DNA of 64,000 nucleotides from Verrucomicrobiota bacterium (lineage in GTDB: Bacteria; Verrucomicrobiota; Verrucomicrobiia; Limisphaerales; J093): the NCBI GenBank assembly GCA_016716505.1, contig JADJWF010000002.1:471597-535596 (forward strand), read 5' to 3'. Below, one piece after another: positions 26,360 through 36,098 of the stretch. The notes under the pieces are model-generated. The model was not told the DNA's origin. It worked only from the letters and a program-made list of their open reading frames with translations, and ran no database searches. The number at the start of each line of letters is the position of its first letter. Positions within the stretch are counted from its first letter, which is position 1. Made by a program: the position numbers and the translations under genes.

Positions 26360-27367
26360 ATGAAGACGATCCCGGTTTTCGCGGCCTTGTCGCTGGGACT
26401 GTTCGCTCGCCCGGTGGTCATTTGGGCGCAGGGCGATGAGGTCACCGCCCTGTTCCTGTACAAAGCCGCGTGGCACCAACAGAGCGACGACGGCGACCCG
26501 GTGCCGCTGCCGCCTTCGCAGGGGCCGTTTGACATCTTTGCCCAGGCCTATCTGAGCGACACGTTGTTGAACGATCCCGACGCGTTGATGTTCATTACCG
26601 GCATGACGCTGCGGACCCCCTCGGGCTGGGTTGAGGCCATGGAGTTCGATCCCGAGTCCGGCTCGTTCGTGTTCGGCGCCGAAGCGCCCAGTCCCCAGGC
26701 GCTCAATCTCCGCTACGGTCCGGGCACCTACCGCTTCACGCTTTCCAGCCTGATCACAGGCAACTCGGTCTTCACGCTCGACCTGGGTTCGGACGAATAT
26801 CCTCCCGCGCCCAAGGTGACCAACTTCGCCGCTGCGCAGCGCATTGATCCCGCGGCGGAGTTTGGGCTCGAATGGACGGAGTTCACCGGCGACGGCGACC
26901 GGGAAATCTGGGTGGAAATTTTCCGGCCCGAGGGCGGGGACAGCGTGCTCGAACTTGGACCCCTTCCCGGCTCGGACCGCCGGGCACTGATCCCAGCGGG
27001 ATCCCTGACGGTGGATCAAGAGTACCGCGCGCGCTTGACGTTCACACGCTACACCCGGGCGGACGACACGGTGACCCCGTCCGTGTACACGGCCTTTGAG
27101 AGCTACAACTTGCTCCCCATCCGCACCGCGGCCGGTGGCCCTCCCGCCCCGTCGTCGTTCACCGGGTGGCAGCGCCTGCCCAACGGCGATCTGGAGCTCG
27201 TGATCGCTTGCGTTCCCGGACGCGCCCTGACTGTGGAAGGCACTTCTGCACTCGGCGCACCCTGGCAGGAGCTCATTTCCCTGACTCCCGCGGCGTCGCC
27301 GGCCAAGGTCGCGGTGGCGGCTTCGGCACTAGGCGACCAGCGATTCCTGCGCGCGAGCCAGCGGTAA
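26360..27367 (+). CDS. Secreted hypothetical protein with a conserved C-terminal module
   Basis: Signal peptide MKTIPVFAALSLGLFARPVVIWAQG. The composition is protein-like and I recognise no family. The C-terminus (LTVEGTSALGAPWQEL...DQRFLRA) resembles the tails of two other secreted proteins in this window. Confidence 0.6.
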   Translation: MKTIPVFAALSLGLFARPVVIWAQGDEVTALFLYKAAWHQQSDDGDPVPLPPSQGPFDIFAQAYLSDTLLNDPDALMFITGMTLRTPSGWVEAMEFDPESGSFVFGAEAPSPQALNLRYGPGTYRFTLSSLITGNSVFTLDLGSDEYPPAPKVTNFAAAQRIDPAAEFGLEWTEFTGDGDREIWVEIFRPEGGDSVLELGPLPGSDRRALIPAGSLTVDQEYRARLTFTRYTRADDTVTPSVYTAFESYNLLPIRTAAGGPPAPSSFTGWQRLPNGDLELVIACVPGRALTVEGTSALGAPWQELISLTPAASPAKVAVAASALGDQRFLRASQR

Positions 27368-27442
27368 TTCATTCCCTTCAACGGACTCAGGCGGCTGCCC
27401 CTCGTCAGCCAGCCCGGCTCGGGCTCCCGTGGCCGCGGCGAC

Positions 27443-27961
27443 TCAGCGCAATGTCCCTCCGAAGCGGCCCACGGGCACGGGCGGCCGCATCAGGACCCAG
27501 AGGTAGTAGGCCAGGCACACGATGACGACCAGATTGCCGGCGGAGGATAGACCGTGCCACAGACCAAACTGGCTAATCGCCGCGGCTTTTTGTTCCGGCG
27601 TGGAGGACTCCGCGTAACGGATGATCTGCAGCCGGTGCATGGTGGGCAGCAGCCAGAACTTGACCGCGAGGTTGACGACCAAAAGACCGGCCAGACCGCC
27701 GAGGGTCAGCCGCTCGACGCGTTTGCCGCTGAAGAGGTGCTCGGCCAACAGGTGCAGCAGGGCGATGACCGCGCACCAAATCTGCACGGTCGCCAGCCGG
27801 CTGATGATGATCTCCGCCACGCGACCGGCATGGGGACGGGGAAGCACGGTCGCCATCTCCGCCGAGAAGAACGCCGGTCCGGCGGCGATGGTGAAAAAAA
27901 CCACCGAGCCGAACCAGACGGCGGCGTTCAGGATGCCCACGAAGCGGATCAAGCTGTGCAT
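27443..27961 (-). CDS. DUF4149-like four-TM membrane protein
   Basis: 172 aa with four hydrophobic segments and a TMEM205/DUF4149-like layout. Confidence 0.6.
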   Translation of the reverse strand: MHSLIRFVGILNAAVWFGSVVFFTIAAGPAFFSAEMATVLPRPHAGRVAEIIISRLATVQIWCAVIALLHLLAEHLFSGKRVERLTLGGLAGLLVVNLAVKFWLLPTMHRLQIIRYAESSTPEQKAAAISQFGLWHGLSSAGNLVVIVCLAYYLWVLMRPPVPVGRFGGTLR

Positions 27962-28116
27962 TGGGCAAACTTAGGCCGCTTCACACCAGACCGCCAAGCG
28001 CGGATTCCGGGCCCCCTGCCGGCGACCACCCGCGCCGTCGCCACGACGCCCCTCACCCCGGAGCGCCGACCGGCAGCCCCCCGGAACCGGGGTGGCCACC
28101 GTCGCCGAAATCAGAC

Positions 28117-29334
28117 TCAGCCGAGAAAGGCCGCGTGGACGGCGCGCATGGCCGTTTCCGCCTTGGCGATTTCAATCACGACCGAGATCTTGATCTCGCT
28201 CGTCGAGATCATGTCAATGTTGATGCCTTCGCGTGCGAGGGTCTCGAACATGCGCGCTGCCACGCCCGAGTGACTGCGCATGCCCACGCCCACGATGGAG
28301 AGCTTGCCGATGGATTCGTTGGCGATGACCTGCTTGTAACCCAACTCCTTCTTCAGGCCCTCGATGACCTTCTGCGCCTTGAGCAGTTCCGACTTGTCCA
28401 CCGTGAACGAGAGATCGGTCGTGGGAGCGCCGCTTCCGTGGCTGATGTTCTGGATGATCATGTCCACGTTCACCGCCGCATCCGCGAGGGCGGTGAACAC
28501 GCGCGCCGCCATGCCGGGCCGGTCCGACAAGCCGATGATGGTGATCTTCGCCTGGTTCTTGTCCAACGAGACGCCGCGGATCACGACGTCCTCCATGCTC
28601 TTGGTTTCTTCTTTCACAATCGTTCCGGGGTTGTCGTTCAAACTGGAGCGGACTTCAAAGATCACACCGAACTTCTTGGCGAACTCGACTGACCGCAGTT
28701 GCATGACCTTGGCCCCCGTGCCGGCCAGTTCGAGCAGTTCATCGTACGCAATCTCGTCGAGCTTGCGGGCATCCGGCACAATGCGCGGGTCGGCGGTGAA
28801 CACACCGTCCACGTCCGTGTAAATCTGGCAGAGATCCGCCTTCAAGGCGGCGGCCAGGGCGATGGCGGTCAGGTCCGACCCGCCCCGGCCAAGGGTGGTG
28901 ATCTGCCCCTCGGCAGTCTGCCCCTGGAAACCCGCCACGATCACCACGTGCCCGCCGTCCAGCAACGCGTGAACCTTTTTCGGCGTAATGTTTTGAATCT
29001 TGGCCTTGGTGTGAACGCCGTCGGTCACGATGCCTGCCTGCGCGCCGGTGAGGGATTCGGCCGGGATGCCAAGGGCGTGCAGCGCCATCGCCGTGAGCGC
29101 GATCGTGGTCTGCTCGCCGGTGGCCAGCAGCATGTCCATTTCTCGCTCGCTCGGGAGCGGCATGATCGCGCGCGCCAGCTTGATCAGGTTGTCGGTCACG
29201 CCGCTCATGGCGGACACCACCACCACCAGGCGGTCTCCGCGTTCGCGGTACTGCGCCACGCGCGCGGCGACATTCTTGATGCGTTCGGGGTTGCCCACCG
29301 AGGTCCCGCCATACTTCTGAACGATAAGGGCCAT
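28117..29334 (-). CDS. lysC: Aspartate kinase
   Basis: Starts MALIVQKYGGTSVG (ATG at 29334). Has a kinase domain plus two C-terminal ACT domains. The 18 codons upstream in the maximal ORF are unlikely to be translated. Confidence 0.93.
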   Translation of the reverse strand: MALIVQKYGGTSVGNPERIKNVAARVAQYRERGDRLVVVVSAMSGVTDNLIKLARAIMPLPSEREMDMLLATGEQTTIALTAMALHALGIPAESLTGAQAGIVTDGVHTKAKIQNITPKKVHALLDGGHVVIVAGFQGQTAEGQITTLGRGGSDLTAIALAAALKADLCQIYTDVDGVFTADPRIVPDARKLDEIAYDELLELAGTGAKVMQLRSVEFAKKFGVIFEVRSSLNDNPGTIVKEETKSMEDVVIRGVSLDKNQAKITIIGLSDRPGMAARVFTALADAAVNVDMIIQNISHGSGAPTTDLSFTVDKSELLKAQKVIEGLKKELGYKQVIANESIGKLSIVGVGMRSHSGVAARMFETLAREGINIDMISTSEIKISVVIEIAKAETAMRAVHAAFLG

Positions 29335-29559
29335 GCTGGTTGTTCGGTTGCCGCGCCGTTCTATGCGACCGGTTCCGGCAAGGTGCAAGAGAAATTACAT
29401 CGCCTCAGACGCCGCGTCGCTGGTTCAGGCAATGTGATTTCGACCCGAGTACTGCCCGTGGGCCACCTGGACGGACCCGCCGACGACTCCCCCGCCGTCC
29501 GGGGCTGGAACAGAAAAGGGCTTTCCGGCCTCCGCCGGCCCGGCGATAAACCGGGCGGC

Positions 29560-30852
29560 ATGTTGAACTACATCTGGCTCGGGCTGGTGCTGGCCGCAGT
29601 GGGGCTGGCCGGCCATGCCGGACGACTCGGGGAACTGACGACCGGCGCCATCGAGTCGGCCGAGGCGGCGGTGATGAAGACCGCGCTGCCGCTGGTGGGC
29701 ATCACTGCATTGTGGCTGGGGATTCTGCGGCTGGCCGAACGGGCCGGCCTGGTGGCCAGCCTCGCCCGCCTGATGCGCCCGCTGATGCGCTGGCTCTTTC
29801 CCGATGTGCCCGCCCACCACCCCGCCCTCGGCTCGATGCTGATGAATATGACGGCCAATTTCATCGGTCTGACCAACGCCGCCACGCCGCTCGGGCTGCG
29901 CGCGATGAAAGACCTCGAGTCGCTTAACCCGCACCCCGGGACCGCGACCAATGCGATGTGCATGTTCCTCGCGATCAACACCAGTTCGATCCAACTCATT
30001 CCGATGACGGCGATTGGCATTCTCGCCGTGGGAGGCTCGGCCAACCCGACAGCCATCGTCGGCACGTCGCTGCTGGCGACCTTTTGCTCGACGTTTGTGG
30101 GCATCAGCGCGGCCCGGCTGTTGCAGCGTTTCCGGTTTGATCGCGCTCCCCAATCAGCTTTGAGCGGGCCGACGCCTCCGGTACCGTCCGCCACGCCGGA
30201 GGCCGGGCCGACACCGCGCCCCTTGGCGTGGTGGGGGCGGTTGATCTTGGTGGGCGGCGTGGTGGCGGCACTCTGGGCGGTCGTGTCCGGAGCGATTCAC
30301 GGGTCGGGCAGTCCAGCGGCGCGGTGGGTTAACGCGGTGTCCGTGGTCGCGGTGCCCCTTTTCCTCGGGATGATCCCCCTGTACGCCGCGTTGCGCGGAG
30401 TGCGGGTGTTCGACGAGTTTGTAGAAGGCGCCAAGGAAGGCTTCCAGCTTTGGGTGCGGATCATCCCCTACTTGGTCGCCATGCTGGTGGCCATCGGCAT
30501 GTTTCGCGCGGCGGGGGGCATGGACCTGCTGGCCCGTGGACTCGGACCGCTGCTCGGCGCGCTGGGCTTTCCCGCGGAACTGCTGCCGATGTCGGTGATG
30601 CGGCCCTTGAGCGGCAGCGGCACGATCGCGCTGTTCCGCGACCTGGTGGAAACTGCCGGCGCGGACAGTCTCGTCGCCCGGATCGGGGGCACCATCCTCG
30701 GCAGCACCGAAACCACGTTTTACGTCATTGCGGTGTACTTTGGTTCCGTGGGCATCACCCGTACCCGGCACGCCGTGCCGGCCGGGCTGTTGGCGGACCT
30801 GGCGGGCATCATTGCCTCTGTTGGGATCTGCCGGCTGGTGTTTGCGTCGTGA
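29560..30852 (+). CDS. Nucleoside-recognition-domain membrane protein (fused SpmA/SpmB-like)
   Basis: The ATG at 29560 gives a 430-aa polytopic protein with SpmA-like (MLNYIWLGLVL...MNMTANFIGLTNAATPLGLRAM) and SpmB-like (MRPLSGSGTIALFRDL) halves. The maximal ORF from 28699 is antisense to lysC. Confidence 0.8.
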   Translation: MLNYIWLGLVLAAVGLAGHAGRLGELTTGAIESAEAAVMKTALPLVGITALWLGILRLAERAGLVASLARLMRPLMRWLFPDVPAHHPALGSMLMNMTANFIGLTNAATPLGLRAMKDLESLNPHPGTATNAMCMFLAINTSSIQLIPMTAIGILAVGGSANPTAIVGTSLLATFCSTFVGISAARLLQRFRFDRAPQSALSGPTPPVPSATPEAGPTPRPLAWWGRLILVGGVVAALWAVVSGAIHGSGSPAARWVNAVSVVAVPLFLGMIPLYAALRGVRVFDEFVEGAKEGFQLWVRIIPYLVAMLVAIGMFRAAGGMDLLARGLGPLLGALGFPAELLPMSVMRPLSGSGTIALFRDLVETAGADSLVARIGGTILGSTETTFYVIAVYFGSVGITRTRHAVPAGLLADLAGIIASVGICRLVFAS

Positions 30853-30894
30853 CGGTTGGCGGGTCAAGGTTGAACCCGAGCAAGGGCACTTCAC

Positions 30895-31452
30895 ATGGCG
30901 TGGCGAATCGCGGACTGGGTGACGCACGGCGAGTGGGACAACCGCCAGCGCGGCCGGGTCTTTGGCTGGCTCTGGATGGCCGCGCGTAAAGAGCCGCTGT
31001 CGGTCGAAGTGACCGGGAACGCATGTCGCGACCTGGCCGGCTGTTTCCTGGCGTTTCGCCGCCGCGCCACGGCGCCGCCGGCCAAACCGGCGCCGAGTCG
31101 GGCGATTCTGGCGCTGATGCGAAGAGGCGTCGCCGGTGCCCAAACTGCCTCCCGCCGGATCAAGGTGCCTGCCCTGCCGGAGGACGAGGTGGAGATCCGC
31201 CGCCTATTGGGCCTGGAGGTGCCGACGCGCCTCGCGAACGCCTTATCCCTCGAATGGTACAGCGATCAGGGCGAGCGTATCGTACTCGAGTCTCTGGACT
31301 TCGACCTGCAAATCTCCACCCCATTGTGGAATTTGACGGTCGCCGAGGAGGAGCGCCAACGGCAGATTCTTCGAGAGTTTCTAGCGAGGGTTCACCGGCG
31401 TTCGAGGAACCGGGGCGCGGGGCCGGCAGCGGACGAAGCGCAGTCTGACTGA
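30895..31452 (+). CDS. Hypothetical protein
   Basis: 185-aa ORF with partly protein-like composition (Trp-rich N-terminus, acidic/helical C-terminus). I recognise no family. Confidence 0.4.
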   Translation: MAWRIADWVTHGEWDNRQRGRVFGWLWMAARKEPLSVEVTGNACRDLAGCFLAFRRRATAPPAKPAPSRAILALMRRGVAGAQTASRRIKVPALPEDEVEIRRLLGLEVPTRLANALSLEWYSDQGERIVLESLDFDLQISTPLWNLTVAEEERQRQILREFLARVHRRSRNRGAGPAADEAQSD

Positions 31453-31585
31453 GGCGGAACAATCCGCGTCGGCCACCCCGCCTCGACTCAGGATGAAGTT
31501 TTCCGCCGTTTCGGCGTCGAACACGGGGCGTTGGTTGACAAACGGCCGCCCGCCCGAAAAAGTGTCCCTAACATTGAACTCGACC

Positions 31586-33745
31586 ATGATGAAACATCGT
31601 TTGACCGGTTGGCGGAGGTTTGCGACCTGGGTAAGCGCGGGTGGTTTGGGCTCGGCGGCGGCGCTGGCGTTCGTCAGCGAGACGACGCGCGAGTTCTTCA
31701 CCACCGGCGACTTCGACGGGGATGGCAAGAGCGACCTGGTGATCCACGACCGCGCCAGCGGCAAATATCGGATCGGCTACCAGAATGCCGACGGCACCTT
31801 CGAGTGGGTCAACCACCGTCTCAGCGGGGTGAAGGATGCAACCTCGGTTTCGGTCGGCCGGTTGCTGGACCTCAAGCGCGACGTGCTGGTCGTCGCGTCC
31901 GCCGACGCCAACCTGATTCACCTGGTGGAGGCAAGCCAGCGAGGCATCACCGCGAAGCCGAGCCTCGTGCCGTTCTCGCTGCTGGGTCCTGCCTTCGCCG
32001 TGGCCACCGACATCGGCGGCCGGGACAACACCCCGCTCGACGACCTGGTGGTTGTGAGCATTTACAATGACCCGGACCCGTTCAAAGTCACCCTCCACCG
32101 AAATAGCGGCAACGGGAACCTGGAGGAGGTCCTCGCCGAGGAGCAAATCGAGGCCCAACCGTCGCGGGCCAATGTCGTCAAGCTCGGGCCCAACGGCCCC
32201 AAGGCTGTGGCGGCCATCCTTACCAACGACGACGGCTCAGCGCTCGTCCTCACGGACTTCAGCGGGAGCGAGCCTCGTGTGTTGGGCCTGCTGGGCGGCC
32301 TGCCCAAGAATGCGGCTTACGTCATGGCGGACTTTCAGGGGACCGGCCTGCCGCAGGTCGGCATCTACAAACCCGACGACCCCCAAGTGAAGGCGTACTC
32401 TCTCACGTTGGCGAATGATCAGGTCCAGTTTGCCGAAGTGGGTGACTACACCCTCGACAAGCCCGTGAAGCTCATCGTGGCCGTGCCCGGCGAGAGGGCC
32501 GCCAACGCGCTCGTCATCTTTGGCAAGGGCGAGGAGGCGGCAGTGTTCGCGGTCGGGGAAAGCGGCCCCCTCCAGACGCTGACGGCCAAGCCCGGTAATC
32601 TGTTTTTCGGAGCCCTCCCGATTGACGGCGGCTTCTATCTCTTCGGCGCACCGGACTACGCGAAGTACTGCACCGAGGGGCAGCCTTACAAACTGGCCGG
32701 GGGCCGGTACACCGCCGGCGCAGCGGTTGCCTTGGCCTCGATGGCCGACAGCGACGACGCCACCGTCGGCGACATTCACAAGCGCATCGTCGAGACCCTG
32801 GAGAGACACGCCATCAAGGCCTTCGCCGACATGAAGCCCTACACCAACACCATCCCGGGCACCAAGGTCACCTACGTGATGATCCCCATCCCGGGCGGCG
32901 AGTTCACGATGGGCAGCCCCGAGTCCGAGGCTGGGCGCTCCGGTGACGAGGGACCGACGCGCAAGGTCAAGATTTCGCCTTTCTGGATGGCGAAGTTCGA
33001 AACCACGTGGAACGAGTACGAGATTTTCATGTACCCGGACGACGAGCGCAAACTGCGGGCCGACAACCCCACCGAGGAGTACGTCAATGCCGTGTCCGAC
33101 GCCGTGACCCGGCCATCCAAGCCTTACATGGAAATGAGCTTCGGGATGGGCAAGGACGGTTTTCCCGCGATCTCGATGACCCAGCACGCCGCGAACAAGT
33201 ACTGCCACTGGCTCAGCGCCAAGACCGGTCACTTCTACCGGCTCCCCACCGAGGCGGAATGGGAGTACGCCTGCCGCGCCGGCACTACTACCGCCTACTC
33301 TTTCGGAGACGATCCGGCCAAGCTCGCCGAGTACGGCTGGTTCGAGGAAAACAGCGATTTCAAGTACCAGAAGGTCGGCCGTAAGAAACCCAACCCGTGG
33401 GGCCTGCACGACATGCACGGCAACGTCGTCGAATGGTGCCTGGACCAGTACGAGGAAAGCTACGATCCCGTGAAAACCCTTCTGACCGATCCGTGGCACC
33501 GCGCGACCAAGCCCTACCCGCACGCAGTGCGCGGTGGTTCCTTCGATGACCCGCCGGACCGCCTCCGAAGTGCTGCCCGCCGCGGTTCGACCAAAGATTG
33601 GAAAATGCGCGACCCGCAACTGCCCAAGAGCATCTGGTGGCTGACGGATGCGCAATTCCTGGGCTTCCGCATCGTGCGCCCGCTGGCCGTGCCGCCGCCC
33701 GAGCAGTTGCAGAAGTACTGGACCAGCGGCGTGGAACGCGAGTAG
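31586..33745 (+). CDS. FG-GAP/VCBS-repeat protein fused to a C-terminal FGE-sulfatase (SUMF1-like) domain
   Basis: N-terminal TM/signal segment, then TGDFDGDGKSDLVIHD-type repeats. The C-terminal domain has IPGGEFTMGSP, HAANKYCHWLS, YRLPTEAEWEYACRAGT, GLHDMHGNVVEWC and RGGSF motifs. Confidence 0.85.
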   Translation: MMKHRLTGWRRFATWVSAGGLGSAAALAFVSETTREFFTTGDFDGDGKSDLVIHDRASGKYRIGYQNADGTFEWVNHRLSGVKDATSVSVGRLLDLKRDVLVVASADANLIHLVEASQRGITAKPSLVPFSLLGPAFAVATDIGGRDNTPLDDLVVVSIYNDPDPFKVTLHRNSGNGNLEEVLAEEQIEAQPSRANVVKLGPNGPKAVAAILTNDDGSALVLTDFSGSEPRVLGLLGGLPKNAAYVMADFQGTGLPQVGIYKPDDPQVKAYSLTLANDQVQFAEVGDYTLDKPVKLIVAVPGERAANALVIFGKGEEAAVFAVGESGPLQTLTAKPGNLFFGALPIDGGFYLFGAPDYAKYCTEGQPYKLAGGRYTAGAAVALASMADSDDATVGDIHKRIVETLERHAIKAFADMKPYTNTIPGTKVTYVMIPIPGGEFTMGSPESEAGRSGDEGPTRKVKISPFWMAKFETTWNEYEIFMYPDDERKLRADNPTEEYVNAVSDAVTRPSKPYMEMSFGMGKDGFPAISMTQHAANKYCHWLSAKTGHFYRLPTEAEWEYACRAGTTTAYSFGDDPAKLAEYGWFEENSDFKYQKVGRKKPNPWGLHDMHGNVVEWCLDQYEESYDPVKTLLTDPWHRATKPYPHAVRGGSFDDPPDRLRSAARRGSTKDWKMRDPQLPKSIWWLTDAQFLGFRIVRPLAVPPPEQLQKYWTSGVERE

Positions 33746-33862
33746 GGCCGACCGACTGGAATTACGGCGGCGGCACTTCCCCGGGAGTGCCGCCGCTTCG
33801 CTTTGGTGGATGCCTTGCGCCGCGGTTCGGCGCCGAGCGCTGACGCCGTCCTCAAGCCGGCG

Positions 33863-34837
33863 TCAGGCGAACGCCAGCGCCGCCGCGCCCGCCGCCAGTA
33901 GCCAGATCACCAGCACCGCCCGCGTCCGGCTCAGGCCCCGCCGCACGAGGCGGTGCGACAGGTGATTGTTGTCGCCCACGTAAAACGGCTTCCCCAGCCG
34001 CCAGCGGATCACCACCACCCAGACCAGATCCACCAGCGGGACCGCGAGGATGAGCAGCGGATTGAGCACCGCGAGGCGTACCGGGTGATCGGTCGAGTAA
34101 AAGTGCGGGAGAATGGCCAGCACGGCCAACAGGAAGCCCACGAGGTGGCTGCCCGCGTCGCCCAGAAAAGCCGTGGCCCTCGGATAGTTGTACGGCAGGA
34201 AGCCCAGCAGGGCACCGAAGGCCAGAAAGGCCAGGATCGCGACCAGATATTGCCCGCCGATGGCCGCCTTCATCCCGAACGCAAACGCCCCGATCGCGCC
34301 CACGCCCGCGCACAGCCCGTTCATGTTGTCGAGGAAGTTGAACGCGTTGGTCAGCGTCACAATCCATAACACCGTCACGGCGATGCTGAATGCGGCGCTC
34401 GGCACGAACAGCGTGATGCGCACGCCGCTGGCAGCCACCAGCAACGCGATCAACACCTGCCCGCCGAACTTCGTGGCCGCGCGAAGTTCATACCGGTCAT
34501 CCAGCCAACCCAAGACGACCATTCCCAGGCACCCGCCCAGCACGGCAGCCAGTTGCGGCCCCCGCCGCGCCAGACCGTGGGCCACCGCCCGCTGAGTCGC
34601 AGGATCGAGCCAGCCCAGGGCGACGACCGCCGTCGCCATTAGGACGGGCAACGCAAGCCCGGTGAACACGGCCAGTCCACCCGCAAGCGCGACCGGCTCG
34701 GAGTGGATCTTTCGGTGCCCCGGATCATCCACGTGACCAATCCGCCGGCACCAGGCGCGCCACAGCGGAAGCGAGCCGGCTGAAGCCACCAGACCACCGG
34801 CCAGCGCCAGCAAGTAAACGTTCAGCGGAAAGATCAC
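33863..34837 (-). CDS. MraY/WecA-family polyprenyl-phosphate sugar-1-phosphate transferase
   Basis: 324-aa polytopic protein with HRKIH, NAFNFLDNMNGL and the overall layout of the GT4 (MraY-like) family. GTG start. Confidence 0.82.
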   Translation of the reverse strand: MIFPLNVYLLALAGGLVASAGSLPLWRAWCRRIGHVDDPGHRKIHSEPVALAGGLAVFTGLALPVLMATAVVALGWLDPATQRAVAHGLARRGPQLAAVLGGCLGMVVLGWLDDRYELRAATKFGGQVLIALLVAASGVRITLFVPSAAFSIAVTVLWIVTLTNAFNFLDNMNGLCAGVGAIGAFAFGMKAAIGGQYLVAILAFLAFGALLGFLPYNYPRATAFLGDAGSHLVGFLLAVLAILPHFYSTDHPVRLAVLNPLLILAVPLVDLVWVVVIRWRLGKPFYVGDNNHLSHRLVRRGLSRTRAVLVIWLLAAGAAALAFA

Positions 34838-34881
34838 GTCGAAGCCGGAACGGGCCCCCTGCGTTTTCGGGTGTCGTCGGC

Positions 34882-36039
34882 CTACCGCACAAAAGACTTG
34901 GTGAAGTCCTCGGCCTGGACCTCCACGACCTTCTTCTCAAACCGCGATTCCGCGATGAGCTGCTGCAGCGTCTTCTCGTAGGCGGCGCCGTCCAACGGCA
35001 GTTCGATCGTCTGGCCGGTGAGCGAGCTGAACAACATCGCGTTGGCGAGCTCGACCGAGTTCATCCCTTCGGCCCCGGGCGCCACCAGCGGCGCGCCGTC
35101 GAGGATGGCGTCCACGAAGTTCTGGGTCAGCGTGGCGTGCTGGGCGGGTGCGTTGTCGAACGGAATTTCGACGTTCCAGACATCTGGCCGCGCAAAGCCC
35201 GTCTTCGCCGCGCGACTGAACTCAATCATATCCGTCTCATTCCGCGTGAACGTCAGGCGATTGTGTTCAAGCACCAGCTTGCCGCGGGTACCGCACAGTT
35301 CGAGCCGGTTTGTGCCGGGCGCCTCGCCGGTGGAGGTGATGAACACCCCGGTCGCCCCCGACGCCCACTCCCAGTAGGCCGTGACGTTGTCCTCCACCTC
35401 GATGTTGTGGTAGCGCCCAAGCTGGCAGAAGCCGCGCACTTTGGCCGGCATGCCGCAGAGCCACTGCAGGATGTCGAGGTTGTGCGGACACTGATTGAGC
35501 AGCGCGCCGCCCCCCTCCCCCTTCCACGTGGCGCGCCAGCCGCCGCTGGCGTAATACGCCTCCGTGCGGTACCAGTCCGTGATAATCCAGCTCAGGCGAA
35601 CGATTTGCCCCAGCTCGCCGCTGGAGATGAGCTTCTTGATCTTCACGTAACGCGGCTCGGTGCGAAGTTGGAACATCGCGGCAAAGACTTGCCTCGGCCG
35701 CTGCGTGTGTGCGGCGATCAACCGCTCGGCGTCGGCCTTGTGCACCGAGATGGGCTTCTCGACCATCACGTGCAAACCCGCTTCGAGTGCGCCAATGCCC
35801 AGGGTGGTGTGCTGGTAGTGCGGCGTGGCGATGATCACCGCGTCCACTGCGCCCGAGCGGATCAACTCCTCGCCGTCTTTGAACGTCCGAAGCCCCTTGG
35901 CAGCCCACGGGTCCAGCGGCGCCAGCGCGTCCGCCACCGCCGTCAGTTGGCAGCGGGAAACCTTGCCGTTGAGCAGATAATCGGCGTGGTACTTGCCGAT
36001 GTTGCCCATCCCGATGATGCCGATACGAACGGAATTCAT
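34882..36039 (-). CDS. Gfo/Idh/MocA-family oxidoreductase
   Basis: The ATG at 36039 gives MNSVRIGIIGMGNIGKYH (Rossmann GxGxxG) with an EKP motif (MVEKPIS). The upstream 37 codons are Arg-rich. Confidence 0.88.
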   Translation of the reverse strand: MNSVRIGIIGMGNIGKYHADYLLNGKVSRCQLTAVADALAPLDPWAAKGLRTFKDGEELIRSGAVDAVIIATPHYQHTTLGIGALEAGLHVMVEKPISVHKADAERLIAAHTQRPRQVFAAMFQLRTEPRYVKIKKLISSGELGQIVRLSWIITDWYRTEAYYASGGWRATWKGEGGGALLNQCPHNLDILQWLCGMPAKVRGFCQLGRYHNIEVEDNVTAYWEWASGATGVFITSTGEAPGTNRLELCGTRGKLVLEHNRLTFTRNETDMIEFSRAAKTGFARPDVWNVEIPFDNAPAQHATLTQNFVDAILDGAPLVAPGAEGMNSVELANAMLFSSLTGQTIELPLDGAAYEKTLQQLIAESRFEKKVVEVQAEDFTKSFVR

Positions 36040-36098
36040 GCGCCGGAGAGTAGCCGCCCTGCCCTGATTGACCAGCCGCCGATGTGACGTCGCGGCCC

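Noticed and set aside
28699-29559. N-terminal 287 codons of the maximal ORF 28699-30852
   Set aside because: This part is antisense to lysC. The SpmA/B-like membrane protein clearly begins at the ATG at 29560.
29335-29559. Lysine riboswitch or leader upstream of lysC
   Set aside because: The interval is long enough and contains a hairpin followed by TTTTCTG on the minus strand. However, I could not recognise the conserved L-box core sequences by eye. This needs a covariance-model scan before any claim.
32237-33655. 472-aa minus-strand ORF
   Set aside because: It is antisense to the FG-GAP/FGE fusion gene.
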